Part shown: piece after piece, positions 22,001 to 31,876 of the stretch | Numbering within the stretch: the stretch's first letter is position 1 | Layout of the letters: every line of letters begins with the position of its first letter | From: Gemmatimonadota bacterium | GTDB lineage: Bacteria; JBHIER01; G020348925 | Assembly: GCA_020348925.1 (NCBI GenBank) | Contig: CP070758.1 | Coordinates: forward strand, 2,082,030 to 2,146,029 | Length of the DNA: 64,000 bases | Reading direction: 5' to 3' | The notes under the pieces: model-generated | What the model saw: the letters and a program-made list of their open reading frames with translations, nothing else | Told to the model about the DNA's origin: nothing | The model's database searches: none | Position numbers and translations under genes: made by a program

Positions 22001-25000
22001 ATTGTGGCGGCGGGCACGTATACGGAGAATGTTGTTATCAACAAATCAGTCGATCTTACTGGGGAAGATCGCACCACGACCATTATTGACGGAAACAATG
22101 CTGGAAACACGGTCACGATTACGGCTTCCAATGTAACCCTAACTGGGTTCACCGTAAAGAATGGGCATAACGGTGGTGGGAACATCTGGTCTCCATACGG
22201 AGGCGTTGTTGTCGACGGCAATGGAGGGACTTCCGCCTTGACGAACATCACCATCGACAACAACAGTATTGAGAACAATGCCGGGAATGGTGTGTATGTT
22301 TCCGCCGCAGGACACGGAGGTACGGCAGATAATATACAGATTACGAACTGCGACATTTTCTTCAACGGTGGTTCCACATCGTTTTTCGGTGGGATCTCGC
22401 TCACATACGGATGGTTTCCTGGCAGTGGTGGTCCCACAGGAAGCTGCGATGGCCTTTCCGAACCGTACGATGAATGGCGTCGACCTATGAACATCCTTGT
22501 TGAAGGCTGTGAAATAAAGAACAATGTATCAACAGGTTATGTCTATGGAGTGTATGTCAATGGAGGTAAAGAGAACACCCTTCGTTCGAATTTTATACAC
22601 GATTTCTCGGCGAAAGGCCTGTTGATCGCTGCCAGTATGCCCTGCACATCGATTCCGTCAGAATATACAACGGTTGAGAACAACGAGATTTACGATAATA
22701 GCCAGAATGGTGTGAAGTTGTTGAGCTGGAATAGCTATAACACCTTCGATGGGAATAAGTTTTACAACAACGGGCACGGATATACGGGAACGAATCTGGC
22801 GCGTAAGTATGGATTCAACTTTAAGGACGGCGATCACAACGCAATTACAAACAACGAATTCTATGGGAATGCCTTAGGCGGTCTTTATCTGTGGGGCAAT
22901 GGTGATCCCTCGTATACCTGGTACTATACGACCGACAATACGATTACGGGAAACATCATTAAAGATCACACAGCGGCAGGGGCTCAAGGTGTCTACGTTC
23001 CTGCAAAGGCTGGCAATCCTAATAGTGGATTTCTGAACGCTCATATTAACAACAATAGTATTACGAATAACCATACCTATGGACTCGAAAATGCAGATGC
23101 CACTCAAGATATCGATGCCTCCGGTAACTGGTGGGGGACAAATACCCCGGCCGGTGTGGCCGCAGAAGTCAGCGCCAACGTGGACTATACCCCGTGGTTG
23201 CACAGTGGGGCAGACACCGATCCCGGGACGGCTGGTTTTCAGGGCGACTTCTCTTCAGTCTGGGTCGATGATAGCAGTCCGCAGACTGGTTCTGTGGGCC
23301 GGATCGGGGAAGCTCTCAGCATAGTGACCGGCAGCACTGTCTATGTAGCCCCTGGGACGTATAATGAGACCGTCATTCTGGATGACACCACGCCGGACAA
23401 TCTCACTCTTGCGGCTTCTGATCCCGGTAATCGCCCGGAAATTACTGGTGGTGTGCTGTTCGATAATGCTACCGACGATCTTGATGGGCTCACCCTGAGC
23501 AGTCTCGTGTTGAAGGGCGATGCGGATCCCAGCAGCCGAGAGGCAATCATCGATATGAACAACGGCGCTGCTGTGAACAATTTCACCATGGACGGTTGCC
23601 TCTTGGACGGGGAGAATGTCGCGGTCAGTGCCAATGGGGCCAACGGCCGGTTCGGCATCGTCGGCAACAGGTTCGGAGGATCTTGGTCCGTAACGAACAC
23701 CGAATTTCAAAATATTCTCGGCTGGGTAGTGATGGACATGGATGCCTCCTATGCGGGTCCGCCCTTAGGTGGGAATGAGCTTCCACTGACGACGGTAACT
23801 TTTTCGAATAACAGTATCCATAATTGCAATGGGAGTGTTGCCCTGCGCGGCAATAATGCGTCCAGAACCGGTACGGTCAATGTCTTGAACAACACCTGGG
23901 ACACCATTGGTGGCAACGGCGGCCAAGCAGGTATCCATTGGGCGGCCTTGGAGGTGAATAACGCCACACACGTCACTGTCCAGGGCAATGCAATCAACGC
24001 TGTGCAGCAGGGTGATTACGGAGAAGGGCAGGCCATTCAGTTCTGGAATGTGGATCTTCTGGATGTTCAGGGGAACACGATCGCCAACAACTATCAGGGA
24101 ATTTACCTTTACAGTGACGGCATCGGCGGTTCGTATTGCGGTACGCCCGGCTGTCCTGTGCCGGATGGGCTCATCTCATATAACGACATCATGGCGAATA
24201 CGGACTATGGCTTAAAGATTGAGGCTGCAGCGGCCGGAGGCCCCCTTAATGCGGAGTTCAACTGCTGGGGGCATTACTCGGGCCCGTATCATCCGACACT
24301 CAATCCTGGCGGGATTGGCAACGGTGTGAGCGACAATGTTGATTTTATCCCGTGGGGTTGCTATGATTATCCAAGCCTCATCATCACGGTGGATACGGAG
24401 CTGTTCGAGGACGGAGGTGGCGGAGGCAATGTGAACGTCTTGAACGCGGATGGTGACGGCGTTGTCGACCCCGGCGATGTGCTCCTGGGTCATATTCTCA
24501 TCGAAAATGTCGGGGGTGAAGACGTCACAGGGGTGGAATATTCAGGAGTTTACGAGCATACAGCCATAGTGATTGGAAGCGTGACCACGACACAGGGGAA
24601 TGTGACAAAAGGAAACAATCCCGGAGATACGACGGTTGTTGTCGACATTGGTACTATTGACGCTGATGGAACGGTGCTCATCACCTATCAGGTGATCATC
24701 GACGATCCCCTGCCTCCAGGTGTGACCGCCATCACACATCAAGGTGTTGTGAAAAGTAACGAGCTTGGTTTTATGCCCACTGAGGATATCCACACGATGG
24801 ATGGAGTGACCCGAATCGTCATCGGTGAGCCACTTCTTCATGCCTTCATCTCACCTGAGCTGAGTATTGCTAAACCCGACTCGCAGTTTGAGGTGTGCAT
24901 TGAGATCGATTCAGCCACGGCTGAGATGGAGATCATCTCAGTGTACGCTCTCTTGACTTTTGACGGCATTCTCCTTGATTCGGTCAAGGTGCCCATTTTT

Positions 25001-27232
25001 GGCACCCTTCTTGACTCTTCAGGGTGGGATTTAAAGTGGCACTTTTTTCCGGGCGTGTTGGTTGACACGTTGGACATGTGGCTGATCGGTGGGGGAGGTG
25101 CAGAACCCTTGGTGGGTGCCGGATCCCTCGTCTGTTGGGAGTTCCGGGTAGGAGAAGGCGCTCCACCAGGAGACACCACGATCATCCGTTTTTCCAAATT
25201 CTGGTTCAACGAGGGCACGCCCTTAGTGGAGACGGAAAACGGATATGTGACGGTGAACCGTTCCCCCGAATTTATTACGACCTTTGACGATACAACATAT
25301 CTCATTGAAAAGCACGAATACTGTTTTGACATAGAGGCGTACGATCCTGATGGCGACAGCCTCATCATGTGGAGTCTCCTCGATCCGTACCCCTGCGATG
25401 GGGCCGAACCTGACACGGTCTACGGGCGGGGGACGGTTGCGATGGAATGGTGCTGGACGCCGCCGAAACCGGGGACGTGTGACACGCTGCGCGATACCCT
25501 CATTGTCATGAGCACCTTTGAGACGGGTCAACCGTTGTACGATACCCTGACGACGGTCTTTGTGGTCTATGACAACCTGGTTGACATATGGTGGCCGGAT
25601 ACGGTCTGGCACGCCTGCGGATGTATCGAGGTGCCGTTGTATATCATGCAGAACCTTGATTACAACGAATGCCTGGATTCCCTGGACATCATGTCCTTCG
25701 ATATCATCCTCGATTACGACCCTGAGCTCCTGACCGTCTTTGAGGTGGGCAACGAGGGCTTGATCACCGAGGATTGGGGGGCCATGCAGTTCCGGGTTGA
25801 GGATGGGTACATCTATGTCGGCATGGGCGGAAATAGGGCCTTGAGCTACTGCGATCCGGTGCCCACACCCCTCATCTACGTTGGATTCTGTGTCGATGAG
25901 GGGGCCGAAGTGGGGGACAGTGCCTTCCTGTCGGTGGATCATGTCAAGCTCAACGAGGGCTGGCCGACGTCCTACTGGTGGAACGGCTCGATCACAGTGG
26001 TCGATTATACCATTTCCGGCACGATTACCTACTGCGATAACGCTTTTCCCATTCCGGATGTGGAGGTGAAAATCTCCCAGGACTGGCCGGCGCTTCTGTA
26101 TGAGGACACGGTGTATACGGATGCCTTTGGATTCTATGAAGTTCAAAACGTTCAGGGATGTACCGATTATTGTCTGACGCCCCAAAAGCACAATTTGCCC
26201 GGCCAGGTGATCACCTCCTACGACGCTTCGCTGATGTTGAGAAGCATTGTTGGCCTGGTCGGCCTCAGCAGTTGCGATTCCCTGGCAGCCGATGTCACTT
26301 TTAACGGGGAAATATCGGCTTTTGACGCCTCAGTTCTGCTAAAATACATCGTCACCGGTTATACCGATCAACCCCTCATCCCGGAGCATCACGCCGGGGA
26401 GTGGGTCTTTGTACCGGATCACCGATGCTACAGCGATCTGGATTCCAGTTCCGTGGATCAGGATTATGTGGGGATCATTATAGGCGACGTGAGCCAGAAC
26501 TATCCGGGCGATGGGCCGCCGAAGTTGGTGGTGAGTGTGGGGTGTCAGGTGTCCGTACCCCAGGTCACAGGAGCAACTGGAGAGACGATACACCTTCCCA
26601 TATCGGTTGAGGGCGCACAAGGTGTCTTCTCCGCAGATATGGAAGTTCGCTTCGATCCGCAACTTTTGACCGCGGTGGATGTCGATACGACGGCGTGGAC
26701 GGCCGGTTTCATGAGCGCCCATCATGTCCAGGATGGCGTGATTCGGATCGCTCTGGCTGGGGCTCGGAAATTGCAGGGCGATGGCGAGATCGCTCACCTC
26801 ACGTTTCGGGTTAACCCTGCGCTCCGGGAAGGTTTGGCGTGTCCGCTGGAGCTTTCGGTCGCCTTGAATGAGGGCATCGTTCCCGAGACCATCTCGACGG
26901 GAATGTTTACATCCGCTCGTCTTGTTCCGGAAACCTTTGCACTGGCTCAGAACTATCCGAATCCCTTCAACCCGACGACGACGATTGCCTATGCGGTACC
27001 CTTCGAACCAGGCTTGAATGACGACGGCACTCTGAAGGTTACTCTTAAGGTTTACAATGTGTTAGGGCAGGAGGTTGGGACCTTAGTGGAGGAGCATCTG
27101 GCGCCGGGGTATTACACCGTTCAGTGGGATGGGCAGACGGGTCGGGGGCAGGAGTTGGCCACTGGCATCTACTTCTATCGTATGACAGCCGGTAGGTTTA
27201 CGAAGACAATGAAGATGGTCCTTCTAAAATAA
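19007..27232 (+). CDS. Giant secreted protein (~2740 aa): propeller-like N-domain, four right-handed beta-helix modules, DUF11, cohesin, Ig, cohesin, dockerin, cohesin, FlgD-Ig/T9SS-like tail
   Basis: Signal peptide after MDGLKRY with RBS AAGGAG; four module starts IQxAID/IGEAL...V[A/Y]xG[T/S]Y; NEGxP-type cohesins; ITSYDAS...ADVTFNGEISAFDAS dockerin; QNYPNPFNP tail. Confidence 0.88.
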   Translation: MDGLKRYCAFLLTVLLVVGAGGIWAATIEVSQPNSVTANSAYDRNPSIIHDGTFYWLFYTKGDDTSTGGVRGVSYNPDGDTYVLFYKRAATIAGLAGEAETKLSLSESARPANFDQRVVCATYFGGKIYAFVSSGQSGTNRGLYYYEYSGGSWGGPMTLIADTGVPNRGGHVNVTSDGSRVYIVWECSDGTADAYTWDGATLSSKIDVSNDNMPKITLMGTTLYVVSIEDGTGDIEVHSAASGASPSFTGHSTAIAGAGLYDPCIFHDGTNLYVISAPYDGGDDRQWLLQSIYSGGWAAAKTIGYGGYGTTYWWDYWPVGYHDGSDAYVFFTTETASPTYSDGEIAYVKMDWNPGNDHYFHIQNAIDQASSGDVINVATGSYTENLSIYKELTLQGYSMPTLTGHHTVTDNNVTIDGFAFVPASYGITIDATAGSISNVIITNNVFTLSGYGGVHIGGDAGSANLISNVTMSHNTFDGPVSKAANPWKIGGFYGSPAGQAVTDVDFTENTVNRCSIPINLHDKNLTDILIKQNIFRDTDGVVYVWGDGPGGVLSQFVFEENDVDGSNTYGVVLGEDGVGAYTPFGDGNYGAGNKVYNNSLANIPGGYGYASVSLKTTGSHVLDASGNWYGSTDPATVGAAVSAGVDYTPWLGVGTDTDGGTMGFQGDFSTVWVDDSSPQTGAVNSIQEGIDMVTASTVIVAPGTYVMDFIINKNDVELTSSGGKTVTTIKGVSTLAWANWPLASPNIDLQANNVKIHGFTIESPEIPAADYSSGLVMTGTNNEIYDNDFVVQELTPASGAGGVCIQTYRSSTIPGSNIDGLNIHDNTFSGTPGGDYVAVYINHTATSAGVVTVRYNTFTGSPWQGVVTERSNVTIQDNQITRTSATAGRGIIVSDLGAPGPNPINGVSLTGNTISGFEYGLRTSSGQTLTSITVAGNTFNTNTVQVQDRANQLNIGDIWSDNTFDKAVGVSGSPTHNTIWSNIQSAIDDAGTLDGDTVIVAAGTYTENVVINKSVDLTGEDRTTTIIDGNNAGNTVTITASNVTLTGFTVKNGHNGGGNIWSPYGGVVVDGNGGTSALTNITIDNNSIENNAGNGVYVSAAGHGGTADNIQITNCDIFFNGGSTSFFGGISLTYGWFPGSGGPTGSCDGLSEPYDEWRRPMNILVEGCEIKNNVSTGYVYGVYVNGGKENTLRSNFIHDFSAKGLLIAASMPCTSIPSEYTTVENNEIYDNSQNGVKLLSWNSYNTFDGNKFYNNGHGYTGTNLARKYGFNFKDGDHNAITNNEFYGNALGGLYLWGNGDPSYTWYYTTDNTITGNIIKDHTAAGAQGVYVPAKAGNPNSGFLNAHINNNSITNNHTYGLENADATQDIDASGNWWGTNTPAGVAAEVSANVDYTPWLHSGADTDPGTAGFQGDFSSVWVDDSSPQTGSVGRIGEALSIVTGSTVYVAPGTYNETVILDDTTPDNLTLAASDPGNRPEITGGVLFDNATDDLDGLTLSSLVLKGDADPSSREAIIDMNNGAAVNNFTMDGCLLDGENVAVSANGANGRFGIVGNRFGGSWSVTNTEFQNILGWVVMDMDASYAGPPLGGNELPLTTVTFSNNSIHNCNGSVALRGNNASRTGTVNVLNNTWDTIGGNGGQAGIHWAALEVNNATHVTVQGNAINAVQQGDYGEGQAIQFWNVDLLDVQGNTIANNYQGIYLYSDGIGGSYCGTPGCPVPDGLISYNDIMANTDYGLKIEAAAAGGPLNAEFNCWGHYSGPYHPTLNPGGIGNGVSDNVDFIPWGCYDYPSLIITVDTELFEDGGGGGNVNVLNADGDGVVDPGDVLLGHILIENVGGEDVTGVEYSGVYEHTAIVIGSVTTTQGNVTKGNNPGDTTVVVDIGTIDADGTVLITYQVIIDDPLPPGVTAITHQGVVKSNELGFMPTEDIHTMDGVTRIVIGEPLLHAFISPELSIAKPDSQFEVCIEIDSATAEMEIISVYALLTFDGILLDSVKVPIFGTLLDSSGWDLKWHFFPGVLVDTLDMWLIGGGGAEPLVGAGSLVCWEFRVGEGAPPGDTTIIRFSKFWFNEGTPLVETENGYVTVNRSPEFITTFDDTTYLIEKHEYCFDIEAYDPDGDSLIMWSLLDPYPCDGAEPDTVYGRGTVAMEWCWTPPKPGTCDTLRDTLIVMSTFETGQPLYDTLTTVFVVYDNLVDIWWPDTVWHACGCIEVPLYIMQNLDYNECLDSLDIMSFDIILDYDPELLTVFEVGNEGLITEDWGAMQFRVEDGYIYVGMGGNRALSYCDPVPTPLIYVGFCVDEGAEVGDSAFLSVDHVKLNEGWPTSYWWNGSITVVDYTISGTITYCDNAFPIPDVEVKISQDWPALLYEDTVYTDAFGFYEVQNVQGCTDYCLTPQKHNLPGQVITSYDASLMLRSIVGLVGLSSCDSLAADVTFNGEISAFDASVLLKYIVTGYTDQPLIPEHHAGEWVFVPDHRCYSDLDSSSVDQDYVGIIIGDVSQNYPGDGPPKLVVSVGCQVSVPQVTGATGETIHLPISVEGAQGVFSADMEVRFDPQLLTAVDVDTTAWTAGFMSAHHVQDGVIRIALAGARKLQGDGEIAHLTFRVNPALREGLACPLELSVALNEGIVPETISTGMFTSARLVPETFALAQNYPNPFNPTTTIAYAVPFEPGLNDDGTLKVTLKVYNVLGQEVGTLVEEHLAPGYYTVQWDGQTGRGQELATGIYFYRMTAGRFTKTMKMVLLK
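20873..23290 (+). repeat. Duplicated 59-codon inter-module linker (20873-21049 and 23114-23290)
   Basis: DASGNWxG...VSAxVDYTPWL..GxDTDxGTxGFQGDFSxVWVDDSSPQTG occurs twice, 177 nt each. Confidence 0.85.
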
Positions 27233-27255
27233 ACAGTATGAACTATAAAAAAGTC

Positions 27256-27284
27256 TTGACAAACCCGTTGTTTTTTGTTAACAT
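27256..27284 (+). promoter_or_regulatory. Sigma70-type promoter
   Basis: TTGACA-17 bp-TAACAT with TG extended -10. Confidence 0.6.
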
Positions 27285-27425
27285 TATGCTTGAGAAAGTT
27301 TCAGTGTGATCATTCCGAGTCTCACAGGGATTTTGATCTGACGAGTGATATGGATGCACACGTATCCAATTGAGAAAATACCCGGTGTTTTGCTGCATGA
27401 GGCAGCAAAAAAGAAAGGAATAGAA

Positions 27426-30400
27426 ATGCACGAATGCAAACAGGGTGTTCGAAAACTGAAGGATTATCCCTTGTTCTCCTATTGTATTCAAGGATTCATA
27501 AGCCTACTTATCGCCGTTTCTCTTTTTATCGGCGGCATGGTTGTCCCTTCAACATCGTTCAGTGAGAACACGGAATTTCTCGCTCCCGGACCGATTCTTG
27601 AAGTGTACAAGGATGACATCGCTTTCGGGGATGCAGACGGGAATGGGTATCCCAGTGCGGGCGACACCTTGGAATACGAAGTGAATTTACTCAATGATGG
27701 TGATGCAGATCTCACCGGAGTATGCTTTACCGATTGGCCGGATTCAAATGTCGCCTTAATAATAGGGAGTGTTCAATCTACATCCGGATCGATTCTCAGC
27801 GGAAACAGCCCAGGTGATGATTTTGTGCGGGTCTGTGCGGGCGATATCGCCCCTGATGATACGGTTCGAATCACATTTTTAGTAATAATCGATGATCCGC
27901 TTCCCCCGGGTGAGTGTTTCATCTACGACCAGGGTGAAGCCATTTCGAACGAAGTGCCTGTGGAGTTGAGCGACGATCCCCAAACGCCCATGGGTGACGA
28001 TCCGACGATGACGTATGTTTGCGCTTTGCCGCTTTTGGAAGCATATAAAATTGACAGCCTATATGACGATACCGATCTCAACGGACACCCCAGTGCCGGT
28101 GATACGCTCAAGTACCGTATTCTGGTTGTAAATATTGGGAACGCGGATGCGACGCAGAGTTGTCTTATCGATACACCGGATGTGAATACATCGTTGGTTC
28201 TTGGAAGCGTGACAGCCACGGACGGCACCGTACTCGAGGGCAATGACCCGGGCGACATACGGTTGCGAGTCTGTTTTGGGACCCTCTCGCCGGGTGAAGA
28301 GATCACCATCACATTCTTGGTGGTTATCGATGATCCTCTGCCGCCCTCCCTGACGGAATTGGCCGACCAGGGGTGGGTCAGCTCCAACGAGCTCCCTACG
28401 GAGCCGACGGATGACCCCGATACGCCTGAAGAGGACGATCCGACCGTCACACCGCTTACAGATGAACCCATTTTGGAAGCCTATAAACATGACGTCCTTT
28501 TTATTGACGCCGACAGTAACGGGTATTTCAGCCCCGGGGATCTCATACTCTATTCGGTCGTCCTTTATAATTTTGGCAACGAACCGGCCACAGGCGTGGT
28601 CTATACGGATACCGTCGATGCCAATACGACACTGGTTACCGACGGCATCGGCTCCGTGTTCACGAGTCAGGGGACGGTGACTTCCGGGAACAGCCCCGGC
28701 GATGTTATCGTCGGGGTCAGCATAGGTACGATTGATCCCGGTGAGATGGTGGCGATCACGTTTCAGGTGACCATCAACGATCCGGTATCCGCAAGTATTC
28801 TGGTCAATCAAGGATATTTTACGAGCAATGAGCTGCCGCCGGAACCCACGGACGATCCGGAGACCCCCGATGATGACGACCCGACGGAGACACCGCTTGC
28901 GGTCTACCCCGAACTTGAAGTCTACAAGGACGATATGCTCCTCATCGATGCCGATGGCAACGGTCAGTTCAGCCCGGGTGATACATTGCAGTACGAGGTG
29001 ACCATTGTCAATTTCGGAGATGTCGCGGCGACGGATGTGGTCTTTACCGATACCCCTGATGCCATCACGGATCTCGTTGTGGGCAGCGTCACAACGACCC
29101 AAGGGACCATTGCGTCGGGCAACACACCAGGTGATACCCAGGTGATTGTAAACGTGGGAACGATCCTCGGTGCCGGGGGGACGGTGACGATCACCTTCGA
29201 GGTGACAATCCCTGCGACGGTGACCCTTTCCATACAGCCGCCGGTGAGTATTGCCAAGCCGGACTCCCATTTCACCGTCTGTGTGGATGTGGGCTGTATT
29301 GACGAGACCGAGGTGGCCGATCAGGGTGTCGTGAGCAGCTTCGAGCTCCCGGACGTCTATAGCGACGACCTCGATACCCCGGATCCGGATGATTCTACGA
29401 GGACTGATATCACGGGGGTCGTGATCAGCGGCATCTATTTTTCCTTAACTTTTGATACGACTATCATTACCTTCGACAGCACCATCTCTTTTATGAATAC
29501 CTGTTTGGAATCCCTGGGATGGTTCCCGGCCTGGAATCTCGGAGTGACCCAAGACACACTCAAAGTCTGGCTCCTCGGTGGCGGGAACACGACGACGTGC
29601 TGCGAATGTTTTGCCTATATCGGATTTCACGTCGATCCGAGTGCCACCCCGGGTGATACCTCCGAAATCCATTTCGAGGAGTGCGAGATCAATGAAGGGG
29701 ACCCGATGTGCATCACCGAGGACGGAATATTTATTGTGAATCGACCGCCTGTTTTTGCCTCTTTACCGGACACCATCTACTTCATCGAGGCTCACGAACA
29801 GTGTTTCACCGTCTCGGCCACTGATCCGGATGGTGATTTCATGGTCATGTGGGCCGTGATCGACTCGTGCGCGGACTCTACCGGAGCGGTTTTTGGAGTG
29901 ACCGATACCGTAACCGGGATAGGGGAGGTGGAAGCCGATTTTTGCTGGTGTCCGATCAAAGAGGACTCGTGCGATACCGTCGATGTGACCTTCTTTGTCA
30001 AGAGCACCATGCCGGATTCCCTCATGGATACCCTCAATGTCACCATTGTGGTCGAGAACACCTTTATTCATGGTCAGTTCCCGGACACGTCCTATTATCC
30101 GTGCGGGTGGATCGAAATGTTCTTCTGTATCGACCCCAATTACGTCGATTGCATTGATACACTCGGTATCTTCTCCCTGGACGTGATTCTGAGCTATGAT
30201 CCGGAGTGTATTCATGTGACCGAAGTGGGACACGTGGGCACGCTCACTGAGTTTTGGGGAACAATTACGTATAATATTATCAACGGGACCATTTTGGTCT
30301 CCCTGTCCGGCAACGATACCTTGGATTGGTGCGATACAACCCTGGCTCAACAGGAGTGTGTCGACCTCTTCTATGTCGGATTTACGGTCGACCCGGAAGC

Positions 30401-31685
30401 TGTGCCGGGGGATACGTGCTGGTTGTGCATCGAACACGTCAAGGTGAATGAGGGTTGGCCGCCAGCCTACTGGGGCGACTGCTCCGAAATCGGTTGCGCA
30501 GCCATTGCCATTGACTGCAATGCCATCTCGGGAACGGTAACGTACTGTTCCACCGGTGTGGCCGTTCCCGGTGTTGAGATGAAGATGTCCGGAGATGCCA
30601 TCGATACGGTGCTCACGGACAGCAGCGGAGATTACGAATTCCCGTGTGTCTTCGCCTGCGGTGATTATTGCATCAAACCTCAGAAAGAGTGGCTGCCTCC
30701 GCAGGTGGTGAACTCCTTCGACGCGTCCATGATTATGCGCAGTCTGTGCAATCAAATCACCCTGGACTCCTGTGCCCGGATTGCTGCTGATGTGACCGGT
30801 GATGGCAACATTACTGGTTACGACGCCGCCATTCTCTTGCGGTGGAGAGTGGGTTACGAGGTCCCAGGGCGAACGGGAGAATGGAAATTCAATCCGGACA
30901 GCATCTGCTATCATTGGCTCACGGAGGATATGCTCGACCAGGATTACGGGGCTATTGTCATGGGCGATGTGAGCCTCAACTGGCCCGGTGACGGCCCGCC
31001 CAAAATGGTTGCCGGAACCGACAGTGCAGCCCTCATCTGTGCCGGGGTGGCTGCACCTCCGGGCCGGACCTTTGTCATGCCAATTTCGGTCAAAGGAACG
31101 CCTCCGATCTACTCGGCGGATATAACCGTCACGTACGATCCTCAGATAGTTACGGCTCTTGAGGCCGCCACGGTGGATGTCACCGAGAATTTCTTGTCCG
31201 CCTTTCAAGTGGCGGAGGGCGAGATGCGGATCGCCATGGCCGGCGCTGAGCCGGTGCTGAGCGGAGGCCCGATTGCCTATATCGTGGGTCAGGTTTCCGA
31301 GGCCGTCAAAGAAGGCGCAACGAGTGATTTTGAGTTGACTGTTACGCTGAACGAAAATATCACCATCGCACACTCTGAGCGTTTTACCGCGAAACTCCCG
31401 GTGCCGCAGGTGTACGATCTGGCTCAGAACTATCCGAATCCTTTCAATCCTGAAACGGTCATTCAATATCAGCTTCCGAAAGCCGGTCGTATCACTTTGA
31501 AAGTGTACAATATCCTGGGACAGGAGATCGTCTCATTGGTGGATGAGTTGAAGGAGGTCGGCTATTACACTGTCCGTTGGAACGGAAGGGACAGGTTCGG
31601 AGCGGAAGCGGCCAGCGGTGTGTATTATTACCGTCTCGTCGCCGGAGACTTTGTCAGCACGAAGCGCATGCTTCTTCTGAAATAG
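27426..31685 (+). CDS. Secreted protein: 4x DUF11-like repeats, cohesin, Ig, cohesin, dockerin, cohesin, FlgD-Ig/T9SS-like tail; C-terminal half paralogous to 19007-27232
   Basis: Repeats LExYKxD...DxxGNGxxSxGDxLxY...SNELPxExxDDP; blocks shared with the upstream gene (SIAKPDS, HVKxNEGWP, GDVSxNxPGDGPPK, [11 protein letters not shown]); RBS AAAGGAA; start uncertain. Confidence 0.88.
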   Translation: MHECKQGVRKLKDYPLFSYCIQGFISLLIAVSLFIGGMVVPSTSFSENTEFLAPGPILEVYKDDIAFGDADGNGYPSAGDTLEYEVNLLNDGDADLTGVCFTDWPDSNVALIIGSVQSTSGSILSGNSPGDDFVRVCAGDIAPDDTVRITFLVIIDDPLPPGECFIYDQGEAISNEVPVELSDDPQTPMGDDPTMTYVCALPLLEAYKIDSLYDDTDLNGHPSAGDTLKYRILVVNIGNADATQSCLIDTPDVNTSLVLGSVTATDGTVLEGNDPGDIRLRVCFGTLSPGEEITITFLVVIDDPLPPSLTELADQGWVSSNELPTEPTDDPDTPEEDDPTVTPLTDEPILEAYKHDVLFIDADSNGYFSPGDLILYSVVLYNFGNEPATGVVYTDTVDANTTLVTDGIGSVFTSQGTVTSGNSPGDVIVGVSIGTIDPGEMVAITFQVTINDPVSASILVNQGYFTSNELPPEPTDDPETPDDDDPTETPLAVYPELEVYKDDMLLIDADGNGQFSPGDTLQYEVTIVNFGDVAATDVVFTDTPDAITDLVVGSVTTTQGTIASGNTPGDTQVIVNVGTILGAGGTVTITFEVTIPATVTLSIQPPVSIAKPDSHFTVCVDVGCIDETEVADQGVVSSFELPDVYSDDLDTPDPDDSTRTDITGVVISGIYFSLTFDTTIITFDSTISFMNTCLESLGWFPAWNLGVTQDTLKVWLLGGGNTTTCCECFAYIGFHVDPSATPGDTSEIHFEECEINEGDPMCITEDGIFIVNRPPVFASLPDTIYFIEAHEQCFTVSATDPDGDFMVMWAVIDSCADSTGAVFGVTDTVTGIGEVEADFCWCPIKEDSCDTVDVTFFVKSTMPDSLMDTLNVTIVVENTFIHGQFPDTSYYPCGWIEMFFCIDPNYVDCIDTLGIFSLDVILSYDPECIHVTEVGHVGTLTEFWGTITYNIINGTILVSLSGNDTLDWCDTTLAQQECVDLFYVGFTVDPEAVPGDTCWLCIEHVKVNEGWPPAYWGDCSEIGCAAIAIDCNAISGTVTYCSTGVAVPGVEMKMSGDAIDTVLTDSSGDYEFPCVFACGDYCIKPQKEWLPPQVVNSFDASMIMRSLCNQITLDSCARIAADVTGDGNITGYDAAILLRWRVGYEVPGRTGEWKFNPDSICYHWLTEDMLDQDYGAIVMGDVSLNWPGDGPPKMVAGTDSAALICAGVAAPPGRTFVMPISVKGTPPIYSADITVTYDPQIVTALEAATVDVTENFLSAFQVAEGEMRIAMAGAEPVLSGGPIAYIVGQVSEAVKEGATSDFELTVTLNENITIAHSERFTAKLPVPQVYDLAQNYPNPFNPETVIQYQLPKAGRITLKVYNILGQEIVSLVDELKEVGYYTVRWNGRDRFGAEAASGVYYYRLVAGDFVSTKRMLLLK

Positions 31686-31731
31686 AATATTTGAATCGTC
31701 CGAAATCTCGTATTCGATCATCAGCGGGAAC

Positions 31732-31770
31732 AAGCCATCGGAATCATTCCGGTTCTGGTGGCTTTTTTTT
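31732..31770 (+). terminator. Rho-independent terminator
   Basis: AAGCCATCGGAATC...GGTTCTGGTGGCTT followed by a T-run. Confidence 0.7.
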
Positions 31771-31876
31771 GAAAGGATTGGAGGGTCCGACGGGTCAAGG
31801 ATCAGACGATACAATACTCTTGCTCCAAAAATCCTCCAGCCCTTGATCCCTTGAGTCCTGATACGAACAATCCGCT

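Noticed and set aside
28059-31466. Long antisense ORFs (403 and 567 aa; also 15690-16733, 25223-26191 and others)
   Set aside because: Shadow frames of well-supported genes on the opposite strand, with no recognisable motifs.
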